Assembly (NCBI GenBank): GCA_965140705.1
Contig: OZ223300.1
Coordinates: 1,760,001 to 1,824,000, forward strand
Length of the DNA stretch: 64,000 nt
Source: an uncultured Arcobacter sp.
GTDB taxonomy: Bacteria; Campylobacterota; Campylobacteria; Campylobacterales; Arcobacteraceae
Direction of reading: 5' to 3'
Shown: positions 9,494 through 18,885 of the stretch, piece by piece
Position numbering within the stretch: position 1 is the first letter of the stretch
Layout: every line of letters starts with the position of its first letter
Program-made: the position numbers and the translations under genes
Notes under the pieces: generated by a model
Seen by the model: only the letters and a program-made list of their open reading frames with translations
Database searches by the model: none
Told to the model about the DNA's origin: nothing

Positions 9494-11299
9494 TTAGAAA
9501 CTAACCTTTAGTCCAACATATGCACTTCTTTCAGCCGTTGCATATCCGTCAATATTTTGATAATATTTATTAAAAATATTATCAATTTTCATATAAGTAT
9601 TTATATTTTTCTTAATCTCATAATTAATTACACCATTCCACAATGTATAATTACCAGTTCTTGCTGAAACATCATGTGTACCATATTTATATTGTTTTCT
9701 ATCTCCAATATATTGACCATTAATATTAAAATGGAATTTTTTTATTCCATAATAATCTAATCCAAACTTCATACTATCTTTTGCTCTTCTCTCTAAATCA
9801 TACCCTTTATTATCCTTTACATTCAAATGAGTGTAATTTAAAGTTAGCAAAATATCACTATTCAAATCATGGATATAAGATAATTCATATCCTTTTAATT
9901 TAGATGTTCCATCTAAATTTTTATAACCCGAACCATCCCAATCAATCATATCATCAACTTTTGAACTAAAATACGTTAAATCAAATCCTTTATAGTTAAG
10001 CCCTATATCAAAAGACTTTGTTGATTCAGGGTTTAATAATGGATTTGGTCCAAACTTACCATACATTTGAGATAAAGTTGGAATATTATAAGCTGTTCCA
10101 TAGTTACTTTTGAAATAAAGATCATCATTTATGTACTGTTTAATACCTATTTTTCCAGTTGATTTATTATTAAAATCACTATATTTATCATATCTTAAAG
10201 ACTCAGTAACAATTGTCATATTATTATTAAATTTATTATTATTTGTAATAAATATTGCTTTATTATCATACTTTCTATTTAAGTCATTTTTATTTTCATA
10301 ATCTTTATAATCTGCACCAAAAATTAAAAAAGAAGTATTGTTTAAATATGGTACATTTGTTTTAACTCCATAATCTTTTATTGAACCATCATATTTTGAA
10401 GGACTAGTTGCAATATATTCCCTATGAAACTTAGATTTGTTAGCATGTACATCCAAAGAAAAGATATCATTTGTATGATTATAATTAATAGATGAAAATC
10501 TATCTTTTGTTATCGAATGGGTATCATCTTTTGAATCATTAGAACCATCATATTCATTTCTAGCATTTATAATTGTATGTATTAAATCAATTTTATTATT
10601 ATCATCAAAGTTATACCCAACTTTGATATTTGAAGTTAAATTTTTATATCCATCATCTTCATAATTATCAATATCTTTTCCCCTTGGAGCTTTTGCAGTA
10701 AATCCATCTGAATCCAATTTGCTAAATGAACCTTTAATATAATAATCTTTTGTTTTATGAGATAAAGATAATCCATATTTTTTAGTATTATATGAACCAT
10801 ATTCAACATTCATTGTACCATTTGTACCATCTTTAGGAGTTTTAGTAATTATATTTATTACACCTGCACTAGCATCTGCTCCCCAAATACCTGATTGTGC
10901 ACCCTTTATTACTTCTATTCTTTTAATATCTGTAAGCATTAGATTTTCAAATTGGGCACCACTAGCACTAGTTACATCATTAACTTTAATTCCATCAATC
11001 AATACCAAAATTCTTTTTCCATCAAAGCCTCGCATAAAAACTGAACTTTGTTTTCCTAAACCACCATTATTAATAACATTTATTCCACTAAGACTATTGA
11101 TTGCCTCATTTACTGTTGTATAATGTCTCTCTTCAATTTCTTCTTTAGTAATAACATCAACATCTGAAGTTACATCTTTGATTGATTGTTCTGACTTTGT
11201 AGCACTTACGACTGTGATTTGGGATAGTTCTTCTGCATGAAGGTTAGATGTTGCTATTAGAAGGCTTGCAACTAAGCTTGTAGTTAATTTCTTGTTCAT
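9494..11299 (-). CDS. btuB: TonB-dependent outer-membrane receptor, probably cobalamin
   Basis: Signal peptide, ITVVSA TonB box, plug motifs FMRG/VLIDG/RIEVIKG, C-terminal F; upstream of btuFDC. Confidence 0.82.
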   Translation of the reverse strand: MNKKLTTSLVASLLIATSNLHAEELSQITVVSATKSEQSIKDVTSDVDVITKEEIEERHYTTVNEAINSLSGINVINNGGLGKQSSVFMRGFDGKRILVLIDGIKVNDVTSASGAQFENLMLTDIKRIEVIKGAQSGIWGADASAGVINIITKTPKDGTNGTMNVEYGSYNTKKYGLSLSHKTKDYYIKGSFSKLDSDGFTAKAPRGKDIDNYEDDGYKNLTSNIKVGYNFDDNNKIDLIHTIINARNEYDGSNDSKDDTHSITKDRFSSINYNHTNDIFSLDVHANKSKFHREYIATSPSKYDGSIKDYGVKTNVPYLNNTSFLIFGADYKDYENKNDLNRKYDNKAIFITNNNKFNNNMTIVTESLRYDKYSDFNNKSTGKIGIKQYINDDLYFKSNYGTAYNIPTLSQMYGKFGPNPLLNPESTKSFDIGLNYKGFDLTYFSSKVDDMIDWDGSGYKNLDGTSKLKGYELSYIHDLNSDILLTLNYTHLNVKDNKGYDLERRAKDSMKFGLDYYGIKKFHFNINGQYIGDRKQYKYGTHDVSARTGNYTLWNGVINYEIKKNINTYMKIDNIFNKYYQNIDGYATAERSAYVGLKVSF

Positions 11300-11315
11300 A
11301 TTTTATTTTTCCTAA

Positions 11316-11504
11316 TTATTTTGTTTTATTTGTTGAATATAGTTTTGCAGGTTTTAACTGTCTTGATATTAGTAAATTTACTATTTTTGGCATATCAATA
11401 GACATTAAAGAATGAATTAGACTATAAATAGATGATGTTTTTCTATCAACAGTTGCAGCTAACATTCCAAAAAGCGTAAAATATTTTTTGCTTTTACTAA
11501 TCAT
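11316..11504 (-). CDS. Small hypothetical protein / possible leader ORF upstream of btuB (62 aa)
   Basis: Strong RBS (AAAGGAGAG) 3 nt before the ATG, TATAAT boxes upstream, stop 16 nt before the btuB start. Confidence 0.55.
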   Translation of the reverse strand: MISKSKKYFTLFGMLAATVDRKTSSIYSLIHSLMSIDMPKIVNLLISRQLKPAKLYSTNKTK

Positions 11505-11522
11505 AAACTCTCCTTTCTTTGT

Positions 11523-11544
11523 ATTATAATTCGCGTATTATAAT
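11523..11544. promoter_or_regulatory. 22-bp dyad ATTATAAT-tCGCGt-ATTATAAT containing -10 boxes, putative operator
   Basis: Near-perfect palindrome (one mismatched pair) between divergent genes. Confidence 0.5.
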
Positions 11545-11621
11545 CAAAAGAATATAAATCTTTTATTTCAAGGTAAATTAAAGCTATTTTAATACAATAG
11601 CTCAATTTTAAAGGAGATACT

Positions 11622-12041
11622 TTGACTTATAATGACTGGTTTGAAAAACATGCCACAAGACATCAAAATATCATGGAAAAATTAAAAGATTTAAGTGATG
11701 AAGAAGTTATAAAATATTTTAGATTTGATAATATGGTTGAGAAAGAGCCTGATTTTTGTCCACTTTATAAAGATAATAAAAAATGTCATGATTATGATGA
11801 GTTAAATTGTTACTTATGCGCCTGTCCAAACTTTAGATTCGATGACAATGGATTTAAAAAAGTTGAAGATAAAACATTATATTCATACTGTAATATAGAT
11901 AGTAAAGACGGAGCTCAATATAAAGGTGATGATTATATTCATCAAAACTGTGCAGGATGTCTTGTTCCACATAAGGAACCTTATATTAAAAAACATTTTT
12001 CAAGAAATTGGAAAGAGATTATGAAGGACGTAAGACCATAA
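11622..12041 (+). CDS. Cysteine-rich small-domain protein (zf-like)
   Basis: FCPLY...KCH...LNCYLCACP...YC...NCAGCLVPH; RBS AAGGAG before TTG. Confidence 0.75.
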   Translation: MTYNDWFEKHATRHQNIMEKLKDLSDEEVIKYFRFDNMVEKEPDFCPLYKDNKKCHDYDELNCYLCACPNFRFDDNGFKKVEDKTLYSYCNIDSKDGAQYKGDDYIHQNCAGCLVPHKEPYIKKHFSRNWKEIMKDVRP

Positions 12042-12077
12042 AAAAAGTCCAACTTCTAGTGTTTGAAGTTGGACTTT
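12040..12077. terminator. Intrinsic terminator; poly-U tail is on the minus strand
   Basis: 13-bp stem AAAGTCCAACTTC/GAAGTTGGACTTT with an A-run at 12040-12046. Confidence 0.8.
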
Positions 12078-12131
12078 ATTGGTGTTGTGTTATTCTTTTG
12101 TATAAAATGTAGGAGAAATACAAAATCTGTA
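12040..12131 (-). ncRNA. Candidate small regulatory RNA with an anti-Shine-Dalgarno loop
   Basis: -10 TATCAT (12137-12142), 8-bp hairpin whose loop reads UUCUCCUACAUUUU, CA-rich linker, intrinsic terminator; no ORF. Confidence 0.5.
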
Positions 12132-12150
12132 TTGAAATGATACCTACTCA

Positions 12151-12168
12151 GTGTTAATTGATTGTTAA
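12151..12168 (-). promoter_or_regulatory. OmpR-type direct repeat TGTTAA-N5-TGTTAA
   Basis: Copies at 12152 and 12163, 11-bp period; same motif upstream of exbB. Confidence 0.5.
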
Positions 12169-12195
12169 TCAAAAAATTTAGTTTGGAGAATTTAA

Positions 12196-12825
12196 ATGAA
12201 ACTTATAATGTTTGATATGGATGGAACATTAATCAATAGTGGTGGTATGATTGCAAACACCATTAATTATGTTAGAGAAAACTTAGGATTTGAAGCCTTA
12301 GATAAAAAATATATCCTAAAAAATGTAAATGATCCAAATGTAAACTCATCTGAATTTTTTTATGGAACAAAACACTTTACCCAAGAGCAAGGTAAACTTT
12401 TTGAAACTTATTATTATGACCATTGTTTAACCGATTTGGAAGTTTATGATGGAATAAAAGAGTTATTGGAAGATTTAAAAAATGACTATATTTTTACAGT
12501 TGCTACAAATGCCAATAGTGAATTTGCAAATAGGATGTTAAATCACTTAGAAATAGGCAAATATTTTAAAACAGTGGTTGGATATAACGATGTATTAAAA
12601 CCTAAACCACATCCAGAAATGGTTTATAAAATACTTGAAGAGATAAAAACCACAAAAGAAAAATCACTTTTAGTGGGAGACAGTCACAAAGATGTCCAAG
12701 CAGCAACAAATGCAGGGATAGAATCTGTTTTAGTAAATTGGGGATTTTCAGACCATGAAGAAAATGCAATAGAAAATGTAAAAGAGTTAGAACAAAGAAT
12801 ATTTAAAAAATTTTCAATATTTTAA
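12196..12825 (+). CDS. HAD family hydrolase (phosphoglycolate phosphatase-like)
   Basis: FDMDGTL, KPKPHPE, VGDSHKD. Confidence 0.9.
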   Translation: MKLIMFDMDGTLINSGGMIANTINYVRENLGFEALDKKYILKNVNDPNVNSSEFFYGTKHFTQEQGKLFETYYYDHCLTDLEVYDGIKELLEDLKNDYIFTVATNANSEFANRMLNHLEIGKYFKTVVGYNDVLKPKPHPEMVYKILEEIKTTKEKSLLVGDSHKDVQAATNAGIESVLVNWGFSDHEENAIENVKELEQRIFKKFSIF

Positions 12826-12837
12826 AAGAGAGTTAAG

Positions 12838-13266
12838 ATGAATATACGTCTGGCAAAAATTAATGACTTAAAAGATATTTATGATTTAATTTGTGATATG
12901 GAAAGTACCCAATTAGATTATAAAAAATTTGAAGAAATATTTATTAGATATTTAGAAAATGAAAACTTTTACTCAATTGTTGCAGAAGAAGATGATTTAA
13001 TAATTGCTTGTTTAAATTTAAGAATAGAATACCAACTTCATCATGTGGAAAAAATAGCAGAGATTATGGAACTTGCAGTTAAAAAGGAATACCGTTCAAA
13101 AGGTGTGGGTAAAATACTTTTAGACAAAGCAAAAGAAATATCAAAAGATAACAACTGTTTACAAATGGAAGTTTGCTGTAATCAAATAAGAGAAAAAGCT
13201 CACAAGTTCTATCAAAGGGAAGGGATGAAAAATTCACACTTTAAGTTTACTATGGAATTAAATTAA
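12838..13266 (+). CDS. GNAT acetyltransferase (PhnO-like)
   Basis: QLHH...AEIMELAV, YRSKGVG acetyl-CoA motif, AHKFYQREG. Confidence 0.82.
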   Translation: MNIRLAKINDLKDIYDLICDMESTQLDYKKFEEIFIRYLENENFYSIVAEEDDLIIACLNLRIEYQLHHVEKIAEIMELAVKKEYRSKGVGKILLDKAKEISKDNNCLQMEVCCNQIREKAHKFYQREGMKNSHFKFTMELN

Positions 13267-13275
13267 CACAAGCCT

Positions 13276-13962
13276 TTACAAACTTATCTGTTTATATTCA
13301 CCCTCTTTTAGATCTTCGACGGTAAAATTATCAAAACTTATTCTATGAAGTTTTACAACCCTATTATCAACTGCTGCAAACATTCTTTTTACTTGATGAT
13401 ATTTGCCCTCAACAATCTCTAATCGAACACAAGTAGGAGAAAGAACTTCTAATTTTGCTGGAAGTAAAGGTTTGTCTTCTCCATTTAAAAGAAGTTCTCC
13501 ACTAGCAAAAATTTTTTCTTCATTACCCATTAAAGGCACTTTTAAATGTGCTTCATAAATTTTAGAAATCTCTTTTTTAGGGTTTGCAAGCTTATGATTT
13601 AAAGTTCCATCATCAGTCAATATTATTGCACCTGTTGTATCAACATCAAGTCTACCAACAGTGGAAATTTTTGGATTTCTTTGAGTCCATCTATATGGAA
13701 GTAAAGAGTATATCAATACTCCTGCATCATTGTGAGAGCATATAACTCCAGAGGGCTTATTAAGAAGTATTGTTAAGGTTTCAGGATCAAGTTTTTCACC
13801 ATTGATTGTTATATCATCATGATAGGCTTTTGTTGAGGGATTAAATACTCTATTTTCATTTACCAAAAGCTCATTTATTTTTAAAAACTTTTTAGCATCC
13901 CCTCTTGTACAGTAACCTAAACTTGATAAATGTGCATCTATTCTTTTATAACTATTTTTCAT
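13276..13962 (-). CDS. rsuA: rRNA pseudouridine synthase, RsuA family
   Basis: S4 domain, LNKPSG, GRLDVDTTG, EGKYHQVKRMF. Confidence 0.85.
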   Translation of the reverse strand: MKNSYKRIDAHLSSLGYCTRGDAKKFLKINELLVNENRVFNPSTKAYHDDITINGEKLDPETLTILLNKPSGVICSHNDAGVLIYSLLPYRWTQRNPKISTVGRLDVDTTGAIILTDDGTLNHKLANPKKEISKIYEAHLKVPLMGNEEKIFASGELLLNGEDKPLLPAKLEVLSPTCVRLEIVEGKYHQVKRMFAAVDNRVVKLHRISFDNFTVEDLKEGEYKQISL

Positions 13963-13995
13963 GAAGCGCATAGTAGCATTTTTTTATTAATAATC

Positions 13996-14685
13996 TTATG
14001 TAAGAGTGTATTGTATTGGAACTTTTATGACTATTTCTTTTTTGACCTTTGGGAACTCTTTTGATGCTTTTTCAATAGCCTCAAGTGATGATTTTATAAG
14101 TAATCTATGTCCAGAGATAGAGGTTATATCTTTGATTTCACCATTAACTAAAATTTTAAATTTTATTAGTACTTTTCCTTGAATATTTAATCGTTTTGCT
14201 CTTTTTGGATATTTTATATTTTTTTGAATTAGTGCTACTATTTGTTTAAGATGTTCATTTAAAAAGTCTTGCTCATAAGTTTTTTTTACACTTTTTTGTA
14301 TAAGTTCTTGTTCTTTTTTTACTATCTTTTTTACTTTTTCTTCAGGTTCTTTTGTGATAATCTTTTTTTCAACTACTTTCTTAACTACTTCTTTTTTAAG
14401 TAGTTTTTTTTCTATGATTTTCTTTTTTATAGCTTTCTTTTTTATAACTTTTTTTATTGGCTTTTTATCTACTTCTTTTTTGGGAACTTCTTTTTTTACA
14501 AGAGGTTGTTTCTTTATTATCTTATCTTGTTCTACTAAAGAGACAAAATTTAGATTTATAGACTTCTCTTTTATTTTATTTTTGATAACAAAATTATCAT
14601 AACTATATAATATCCCTGTAAAAACTAAGCCATATAAAAAAGTTGTCAAAAAAAAAGAATAAAAATATCTTTTAGAGTTTAACAT
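13996..14685 (-). CDS. tonB: Energy transducer TonB
   Basis: N-terminal TM helix, Lys-rich linker, YPKRAKRLNIQGKV C-terminal domain. Confidence 0.88.
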   Translation of the reverse strand: MLNSKRYFYSFFLTTFLYGLVFTGILYSYDNFVIKNKIKEKSINLNFVSLVEQDKIIKKQPLVKKEVPKKEVDKKPIKKVIKKKAIKKKIIEKKLLKKEVVKKVVEKKIITKEPEEKVKKIVKKEQELIQKSVKKTYEQDFLNEHLKQIVALIQKNIKYPKRAKRLNIQGKVLIKFKILVNGEIKDITSISGHRLLIKSSLEAIEKASKEFPKVKKEIVIKVPIQYTLT

Positions 14686-15065
14686 TAGTTTTTCTTTGTA
14701 ATTATAGAGATATTAGAAAAATCATTTGATTTTAATAAATCAAGAATGGAAACAAAAGATTCAAAATCAGCTTTTTTATCGCTTTTAATAAAAATATGAG
14801 AATCTTTATTTATCTTATTTAGTTCCAAAGTAAGGTTTTCAAAGCTTATATGTGATTTATTTAAATATAAACTATTATCTTCTTTTATTGTAATAACAAA
14901 CTCTTTTTTTATCTCTGATTTTTTTGCACTTGCTGCTTTTGCCAAAGATACAGGGATATCACCTCGAGCTATAAAAGTTGAAGTCAATAATACAATAGTT
15001 AATAATACTAATAACACATCAATAAAGGGAATTACATTTATTGAATTAAATTTCTGTAATTTCAT
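14685..15065 (-). CDS. exbD: Biopolymer transport protein ExbD
   Basis: INVIPFIDVLLVLL; ATG at 15065. Confidence 0.92.
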   Translation of the reverse strand: MKLQKFNSINVIPFIDVLLVLLTIVLLTSTFIARGDIPVSLAKAASAKKSEIKKEFVITIKEDNSLYLNKSHISFENLTLELNKINKDSHIFIKSDKKADFESFVSILDLLKSNDFSNISIITKKN

Positions 15066-15474
15066 CAAATTTACTTTCAATTACTTCTGCATATCTAGCT
15101 AATACATTATAAAAAATTTGAGAAAGAATTGCCACAACTAAACCAACCGCCGTCGCTTTTAATGCAAGTGCTAAAGAACTCATTATCTTAGTTGCTTCAA
15201 TATCACCTTCACTCATAGTCATAAATGTAAGCATAATAGCCAATACAGTACCTAATAAGCCAATATAAGGAGCATTTGAAGCTATTGTACCAATGATTGA
15301 TAAATGCTTTGTAATAGCTATCTCTAATGATTTTTTTGATTTATAAAATTTCACATCAATATTTTTGTAAAAAAGTATTCTCTCAATAAAGAACCAAAAA
15401 GATAAAAAACTCATAAAAATCAAAAGTATAACAACTCCATAATCAACTAAGTTTTTTAGTAGTTCTATATTCAT
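15046..15474 (-). CDS. exbB: Biopolymer transport protein ExbB (short epsilon type)
   Basis: APYIGLLGTV, ALKATAVGLVVAI. Confidence 0.93.
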   Translation of the reverse strand: MNIELLKNLVDYGVVILLIFMSFLSFWFFIERILFYKNIDVKFYKSKKSLEIAITKHLSIIGTIASNAPYIGLLGTVLAIMLTFMTMSEGDIEATKIMSSLALALKATAVGLVVAILSQIFYNVLARYAEVIESKFDEITEI

Positions 15475-15495
15475 ATTATATTTCCTAATATTTTT

Positions 15496-15530
15496 ATTAT
15501 AATAAAAAAAAAGTGTTAAATTAGTGTTAA
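15496..15530 (-). promoter_or_regulatory. exbB promoter: GTGTTAA direct repeat (11-bp period) plus -10 TATAAT
   Basis: GTGTTAA at 15513 and 15524; TATAAT at 15496-15501 on the minus strand. Confidence 0.55.
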
Positions 15531-15536
15531 GTTAGA

Positions 15537-16385
15537 TTAAGACATTAATTTTATTAGATTTAGTTTTATTAGTGTTCCATTCTCTTTTGGTTCAATTTTG
15601 ATATCAATTTGGTTTTTATCACAAAACTCTTTTACAATATTTAAACCTAAGCCAAAACCAGTTTTACTTGAGTCTTCTTGAAAATATTGTTCAAATACAA
15701 TAAAAAGATTTTTTGTGTCAATTATATTTCCTGTATTAAATATGCATAAAAGATTATTTTGCATACTAATTTTGATAATTCCATTTTCACAGTTATATTT
15801 TATAGCATTTGATAAAAGGTTATCAAAAACTTTTTGAAAACCATTTTTATCACTATTAATAGATATATTTTTAATATCATTTTCTATTGTAATAGTGCCT
15901 TTCATATCTTCAAATTTATTAATTGAAGTCTCAATTATATCATCAAGTAAAAATTCAAACTTATCGATTTTACCTATCTCTTTTTTTATCTCATATTCCA
16001 TTTGGTCATAAAGCTTTAAAAGTTCATTTGTAGCTAATTTTATTCTATTTAATCTTCTTATATCTTTTTCATCTTTTAGATTTTTCTCTAACATCTGAGC
16101 ATTGGATTGAATTGTAGAAGCAGGAATATTAAGTTCATGGAGAGTCTCTTTAATAGCTTTTTCTAGGTTATTATCACTTTCAAATAAAGGATTAAAAAGT
16201 GGTTTACTCAAGAAATAGTTTAAACTAACAGCAAAAATAATAAGTATTAAAGTAATAACAATAAAAGTATCTTCATTAAAACCAAATAAAGCTACCAAAT
16301 AATAGTTTGCAAGTAAAACCATAATCACAATAAATGATACTAAAATAGAATTAGAGATTATAAAGTTTTTCTTTTTAATATTCAA
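15537..16385 (-). CDS. Sensor histidine kinase (2 TM, very short periplasmic loop)
   Basis: ETLHELNIP H-box, NLLSNAIKY, GFGLGL. Confidence 0.9.
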   Translation of the reverse strand: MNIKKKNFIISNSILVSFIVIMVLLANYYLVALFGFNEDTFIVITLILIIFAVSLNYFLSKPLFNPLFESDNNLEKAIKETLHELNIPASTIQSNAQMLEKNLKDEKDIRRLNRIKLATNELLKLYDQMEYEIKKEIGKIDKFEFLLDDIIETSINKFEDMKGTITIENDIKNISINSDKNGFQKVFDNLLSNAIKYNCENGIIKISMQNNLLCIFNTGNIIDTKNLFIVFEQYFQEDSSKTGFGLGLNIVKEFCDKNQIDIKIEPKENGTLIKLNLIKLMS

Positions 16386-17031
16386 GCTTATAACCAACTC
16401 CTTTAATATTTACTACTTTTTCTTTTACAAATATTTTTTTTACAGCATTAATATATACCCTAATTGAGCCTTCACTATAATCTTCTTCACAATGCCAAAG
16501 TCTATTTACTATCATCTCTTTTGTTACAATTTTATCTTTGTTTTCTAAAAACAACTCTAATAATTCTACTACTTTCATTGGTAAATTTATATCTATATTA
16601 TTTTCATATACTCTTTTATCATTTGGGCTAAAAAATAGATTTTCTCCTAATTGTATTTTATCAATTTGTTTTCCAGCTCTTTTTAAAAGCGACTTTATTC
16701 TTAATATCAATTCATCTAAATCAATTGGTTTTTTCAAATAATCATCAGCCCCTGATAAAAAACCTTGTTCTAAACTCTCTTTATCTTTGTAGGAAGTTAA
16801 ATACATCGTTGGAGTATTGTCCCCTGATTCTCTCAAATCTTTTAAGAGTTCTAATCCATTTATTTTAGGAACATTTATATCAAACAGATATAAATCATAA
16901 TTCTTTTCATAATTTAATGCAAGTGCTTGTTCTCCATCACTTGCAATATCTACTAAAAACCCCTCTTCATCTAAAAAGTCTTCAATTGTTTGTGCAAATA
17001 GTTCGTCATCTTCAAGTAGTAATATTCTCAT
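16375..17031 (-). CDS. OmpR-family response regulator
   Basis: LLLEDD, LFDINVP, GADDYLKKP, winged helix ending KGVGYKL. Confidence 0.93.
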   Translation of the reverse strand: MRILLLEDDELFAQTIEDFLDEEGFLVDIASDGEQALALNYEKNYDLYLFDINVPKINGLELLKDLRESGDNTPTMYLTSYKDKESLEQGFLSGADDYLKKPIDLDELILRIKSLLKRAGKQIDKIQLGENLFFSPNDKRVYENNIDINLPMKVVELLELFLENKDKIVTKEMIVNRLWHCEEDYSEGSIRVYINAVKKIFVKEKVVNIKGVGYKLEY

Positions 17032-17121
17032 TATAAATCTGAATTCCAATATCTTTTTCGAAATTTTACACTAATCTTTATAAAAATGTTGTTTTTGCAA
17101 AATTTTTATATATAATTACTT

Positions 17122-18885
17122 ATGATAAAAAAACTATTTATACCAATAATTTTACTTTTTTTAGCCTATTTTATAATTTCAAGTGAAAATATAAAAACAA
17201 TATCCGCTGGTATTGCTATATTTATTATAGGCATGTATTTTATGGAAAATGGCTTCAAACTTTTTTCTGGGGGATTATTAGAAAAAGTTTTGGAAAAATT
17301 TACCTCTACTAGTTTAAAATCAGTAATTACAGGTTTTATTAGTACCTCAATAGTTCAAAGTTCATCATTGATTTCTGTTATTGTAATATCTTTTTTAACC
17401 GTTGAAATTATATCTTTAACTCAAGGTATGGCAATAATCTTTGGAGCAAATCTAGGAAGTACAACAACAGCATGGATTGTATCATCTTTAGGTGTTGATA
17501 TTAAAATATCTATATATGCAATGCCAATGATTATTTTTGGAGTTATTTTTAGATTTTCGAAAGAACAAAAATATATTGGACTTGGAAATATTTTATTAGG
17601 TCTTGGTTTTATCTTTTTAGGTATTTCATATATGAAAGATGGTTTTGAGACTCTAAAAGATTCAATTGACTTGGCTTCATACTCTGTTGGTGGATTTTTA
17701 GGTATTTTTGTTTATATCTTAATAGGAGCAATTGCTACAGTTGTAATACAATCAAGTGGTGCAACTATGGCTATTATTATTACTGCACTTGCAGGGGGAA
17801 ATATAATTTATATTGATGCAATAGCTTTAGCTATTGGAGCAAATATTGGTACTACAGTAACTGCCATTATGGGCTCTTTAACTTCAAATGAAAATGGTAA
17901 AAGACTTGCCTTTGGACATCTAGTTTTTAATATGATTACAGCACTAATTGCAGTTATTTTTATATATGCTTTAAAGGATTTTGTTGATTTTCTTGCACCA
18001 TTAATTGGAATTGATACTAATAACTATAGTATGAAATTAGCTCTATTTCATACCATATTCAATATAGTTGGAATAGTTGTTTTATTTCCTTTTATTCCTC
18101 TTATTGTTTCAATATCAAAAAAAGTAATAAAAGATAAAGTAAAAAAAGCATCAAAACCTATATATTTAGATGAATCAAATGTAAAAATACCATATAATGC
18201 AATGGTTTCGATTCAAAAAGAGGTAATACATTTATATGAAAATGCCCAAAAAGCAATATTACATGCTATGTCCATTCATACCTCTGATTTAAAAGAAGAA
18301 AAAGATATAGATAATATACTAATAAGTACTAAAAAAATAGATACAAATCTAGATGATATTTATCATAATGACTTAAAATCTTTGTATAGTGAAATCATTG
18401 ATTATCTTTTAAAATCACAAAGTCATATGAATTCAAATCAGTTGTTTTATGTAGGACAATTACGACTTGCTTCAAATATTATTGTGAAGATATTAAAAGA
18501 TACAAGAGATATTCAAAAAAACATGAATGCTTACATTTATAGTAAGAATGAGAATATAAAACAAGAGTATTTAGCCCTAAAAAAAGAGTTTGCTTTAAAT
18601 ATTTTAAGAACAAATTTATTAAGAAATAAAGATATAGATGATATAGAGACTTCAACACAGATTCAAATGTATAAAGATAATATCGATACTTTAGAGATTC
18701 AAACTAATAAAAAAATTGATGAGTTAATTAGGAATGATAAAATCACACCTAAAATGGGTATTTCATTAATCAATGATTCCACAAGTATTTTTAATATGAG
18801 TAAAAACTTATTTAGAATTGCAAATATTTTATTTGTAAATGATAGTAAACTAAGATCACTAGGAGAATTAAATGAAACTGTCTAA
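17122..18885 (+). CDS. Na+/phosphate cotransporter family protein
   Basis: Two QSSS/QSSG repeats with GANLG/GANIG, PhoU-like C-terminus. Confidence 0.9.
   Translation: MIKKLFIPIILLFLAYFIISSENIKTISAGIAIFIIGMYFMENGFKLFSGGLLEKVLEKFTSTSLKSVITGFISTSIVQSSSLISVIVISFLTVEIISLTQGMAIIFGANLGSTTTAWIVSSLGVDIKISIYAMPMIIFGVIFRFSKEQKYIGLGNILLGLGFIFLGISYMKDGFETLKDSIDLASYSVGGFLGIFVYILIGAIATVVIQSSGATMAIIITALAGGNIIYIDAIALAIGANIGTTVTAIMGSLTSNENGKRLAFGHLVFNMITALIAVIFIYALKDFVDFLAPLIGIDTNNYSMKLALFHTIFNIVGIVVLFPFIPLIVSISKKVIKDKVKKASKPIYLDESNVKIPYNAMVSIQKEVIHLYENAQKAILHAMSIHTSDLKEEKDIDNILISTKKIDTNLDDIYHNDLKSLYSEIIDYLLKSQSHMNSNQLFYVGQLRLASNIIVKILKDTRDIQKNMNAYIYSKNENIKQEYLALKKEFALNILRTNLLRNKDIDDIETSTQIQMYKDNIDTLEIQTNKKIDELIRNDKITPKMGISLINDSTSIFNMSKNLFRIANILFVNDSKLRSLGELNETV

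Noticed and set aside
11300..11621. Cobalamin riboswitch expected upstream of btuB
   Set aside because: No B12-box or GC-rich stems visible; the space is occupied by an ORF
12158..12172. TTGAT-TGTTA-ATCAA resembling an FNR box
   Set aside because: The spacer is 5 nt rather than 4; better explained by the overlapping TGTTAA direct repeat
14280..14530. Low-complexity T-rich repeats
   Set aside because: They encode the Lys-rich TonB linker, not a DNA repeat element
15504..15512. A9 tract in the exbB promoter as a phase-variation site
   Set aside because: A/T runs of this length are common in such AT-rich DNA; I saw no long poly-G/C tracts in the window
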